Shown: piece by piece, positions 61,720 through 64,000 of the stretch
How the letters are laid out: each line of letters begins with the position of its first letter
Position numbering within the stretch: position 1 is the stretch's first letter
Origin: Felis catus
Taxonomy: Eukaryota
Reading direction: 5' to 3'
Assembly (NCBI RefSeq): GCF_018350175.1
Contig: NC_058383.1
Coordinates: 14,014,001-14,078,000, forward strand
Length of the DNA: 64,000 nt
The notes under the pieces: model-generated
Told to the model about the DNA's origin: nothing
Database searches by the model: none
What the model saw: only the letters and a program-made list of their open reading frames with translations
Program-made: the position numbers and the translations under genes

Positions 61720-62072
61720 TTCTATGAACTGAACTGTTCCCCCACTCCAAAATTTGTTATTGAAGTATGATGGTATTTGGAGATGGGGCCTTGGGATACA
61801 ATTAGGTTCAGATGAGGTCATGAGGATTGGGCCTCCCCATGGGATTGGTGCCCTTGTAATAAGAGACACCAGAGTGCCACCCACCTTTCTACCACATGAG
61901 GACGCTGCACAAAGGTAGCCATCTTCAAGCTAGGGAGTTCGCACAAGAACCCAACCATACTGACACCCTGACCCCAGGCTTCTAGTCTCTAGAACTGTGA
62001 GAAAGACATTTCTGTTGCTTTCCCCTCCCAGTCTCTAGCATTTTGTTATGGTGGCCTGAGCTAACTAAGACA
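61720..62072 (+). mobile_element. MaLR 5' LTR (MLT1A-like)
   Basis: ttctatgaactgaac...ggtatttggagatggggcc...ttttgttatggtggcctgagctaactaagaca. Confidence 0.9.
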
Positions 62073-62465
62073 GATTGTGGCACCAAGAAGTGGGGTGTTT
62101 CTGTAAGAAATACATGAGGTATAGAAGGGAAGCGGTTTGGGGACGGCACAGTGGGTAGAGGTCAGCAGAGTTTTGAGGTGCACGACAGAAATACGGACGT
62201 CAAAAGTGATTCCGTTGAGATCTTGGATGCAAACGAGGAACACGTTATTGAAAGCTGGAGGAGAGACCGTCCTCGGTATCCGGGCACAAAGAACGTGGCC
62301 AAACTATGTTCTAGTGTTCTCTGGAAGGTAGAACCTGTGAATGATGACATTGGGTATTTAGCCGAGGAGATGTCTAAGCGAAGTGTCGAAGGAGCAGCTT
62401 GGTTGCTCCTGACTCCTTACGGTAAAACACACAAGGAGAGGGACGAACAGAAGAAGGAGGCGTGT

Positions 62466-62698
62466 GGGGCGCCTGGGTGGTGCAGTCGGTTAAGCGTCCG
62501 ACTTCAGCCAGGTCACGATCTCGCAGTCCGTGAGTTCGAGCCCCACGTCGGGCTCTGGGCTGATGGCTCAGAGCCTGGAGCCTGTTTCCGATTCTGTGTC
62601 TCCCTCTCTCTCTGCCCCTCCCCCGTTCATGCTCTGTCTCTCTCTGTCCCAAAAATAAATAAACGTTGAAAAAAAAAATTAAAAAAAAAAAAAAAAAA
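62466..62698 (+). mobile_element. Young CAN-SINE
   Basis: 16-bp TSD agaagaaggaggcgtg. Confidence 0.97.
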
Positions 62699-62806
62699 AG
62701 AAGAAGGAGGCGTGAGACAAAAGGGAACCGGAACTTGGAAATTTGGAAACATCTCAGCCTATCCACATCGCAAAAAATGAGAAAAAAGTGTTCCGAAGAG
62801 TGTTCT

Positions 62807-63033
62807 TTTTTTTTTTTTAATTTTTTTCTTCAACGTTTATTTATTTTTGGGACAGAGAGAGACAGAGCATGAACAGGGGAGGGGCAGAGAGAGAGGGAAA
62901 CACAGAATCGGAAACAGGCTCCAGGCTCTGAGCCATCAGCCCAGAGCCTGACGCGGGGCTCGAACTCGCCGACGGCGAGATCGTGACCTGGCTGAAGTCG
63001 GACGCTTAACCGACTGCACCACCCAGGCGCCCC
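62807..63033 (-). mobile_element. Young CAN-SINE
   Basis: 15-bp TSD tccgaagagtgttct. Confidence 0.97.
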
Positions 63034-63883
63034 ATCCGAAGAGTGTTCTAACGGTGTGACTGAACAACCATTTGATAAAGGAAGCCTGGGTATGACTCGT
63101 GGACTTGATCAGGCTCAGCCATCTCAGCAGGAGCCAGGAATAGAAATGGTGTTATCTTAGCAAAGACACTGCCAGTTTGGACCAAAGGAGACAGAGAGAG
63201 CCTGTCCAGATGAAGGAAGGCTCTCAGACTCCCTGGATTCTACAGGGACTGGACTAGAGAGATATTCAGCTATAATGTGCACTGTTTTTTTTTTTGTTTG
63301 TTTTGGGGTTTTTTTTTCCCATAAAAAAAGGAAGAATGACCCCAAAGATGATTCTGAGATCAGCGGTGCTGCCTCTTTGGTTTCAAAGAACAAAGGCATC
63401 ACCTCAATTTCAACAGGCCGGGTAGTCTCTATCTCAGAGCCTTGGAGGCAAGACCTCCGCCTGGGAGAGCCAAGGGGAAGGGAATGCCACCCCAGTGGGT
63501 CCAAAAGTGGGGTATAGAGTCAAAGAGGATTATTCTCAAGACTTAAGACCTAATGGGATTTACCTCCCTAGGTTTTGGAATTGCTTGGGACCAATCACCC
63601 CTTCTTTCTTTCTTATCTCTCCCTTTTGGAATGGGAATGTTTATCTTCTGCCTGGCCCATGATTGTACTGCACACAGGTTGGTTTCATAGGTTCACAGCT
63701 GGAGAAGAATTTTCCCTCAGGATGAATAGTACCTTGAATCTCACCCGTATCTGATGATACTTAGATGAGACTTTGGACTTTAGAGTTTTTGCTAGCAAGA
63801 GCTGGGGTTTGGGGACTATTGAGGTGAAATTAATACATTTTGCATGTGACAAGAACACGCATTTTGGAGAGCTAGGAGCAGAA

Positions 63884-64000
63884 TCTTCTGGACTGAATTA
63901 TGTCTCCCCACTTCCCCCAATTCATATGTTGAAGCCTTGACTCCCAATGGGCTGGTGGTATATGAAGACAGTCTTTGGGGGTGATTAGGTTGAGATGAGG
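63884..64000 (+). mobile_element. MaLR 3' LTR, runs off the window
   Basis: tcttctggactgaattatgtctcccc...aattcatatgttgaagcc...gattaggttgagatgagg parallels the 5' LTR. Confidence 0.85.

Larger units (their letters stand above)
62073..63883 (+). mobile_element. MaLR internal region (MLT1A-int-like) with two SINE insertions
   Basis: Begins gattgtggcaccaagaagtggggtg right after the LTR; peptide DIGYLAEEMSKRSVEGAAWLLL resembles the MaLR internal ORF; purine-rich tract precedes the 3' LTR. Confidence 0.88.

Noticed and set aside
1..64000. A novel multi-gene system or non-retroviral endogenous viral element
   Set aside because: No recognisable coding gene, operon-like structure or viral protein motif beyond L1 and MaLR remnants; a translated database search would be needed to exclude a highly decayed element

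Overview
Mammalian non-coding DNA, almost certainly from a felid: it carries over 30 CAN-SINEs, many of the young SINEC_Fc type (GGGGCGCCTGGGTGGCGCAGTCGGTTAAGCGTCCGACTTCAGCCAGG...AATAAATAAACGTTGA(n)). A large share of the window is layered retroelement and DNA-transposon debris: CAN-SINEs with target-site duplications (TSDs), a near-full-length decayed L1 (50.3-56.2 kb), other L1/L2/MIR fragments, MLT1/MLT2/MER21 LTRs, an LTR-internal-LTR MaLR element at the right end, and MER5/MER44 elements. I recognise no protein-coding gene; the ORF track is explained by repeats, microsatellites and chance. I cannot support a claim of a new biological system. The best observations are: a TSD-flanked tailless U6 snRNA 5' fragment; a triple nested SINE; an ancient local duplication retaining an identical GGGTCA-repeat 23-mer; an ectopic intra-L1 copy; two closely spaced inverted young SINE pairs; a 13-bp perfect hairpin; two frame-preserving candidate exons; and CpG-rich ancient repeats. 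Repeat family names come from my recall of consensus sequences, not a database search, and boundaries of old repeats are approximate.
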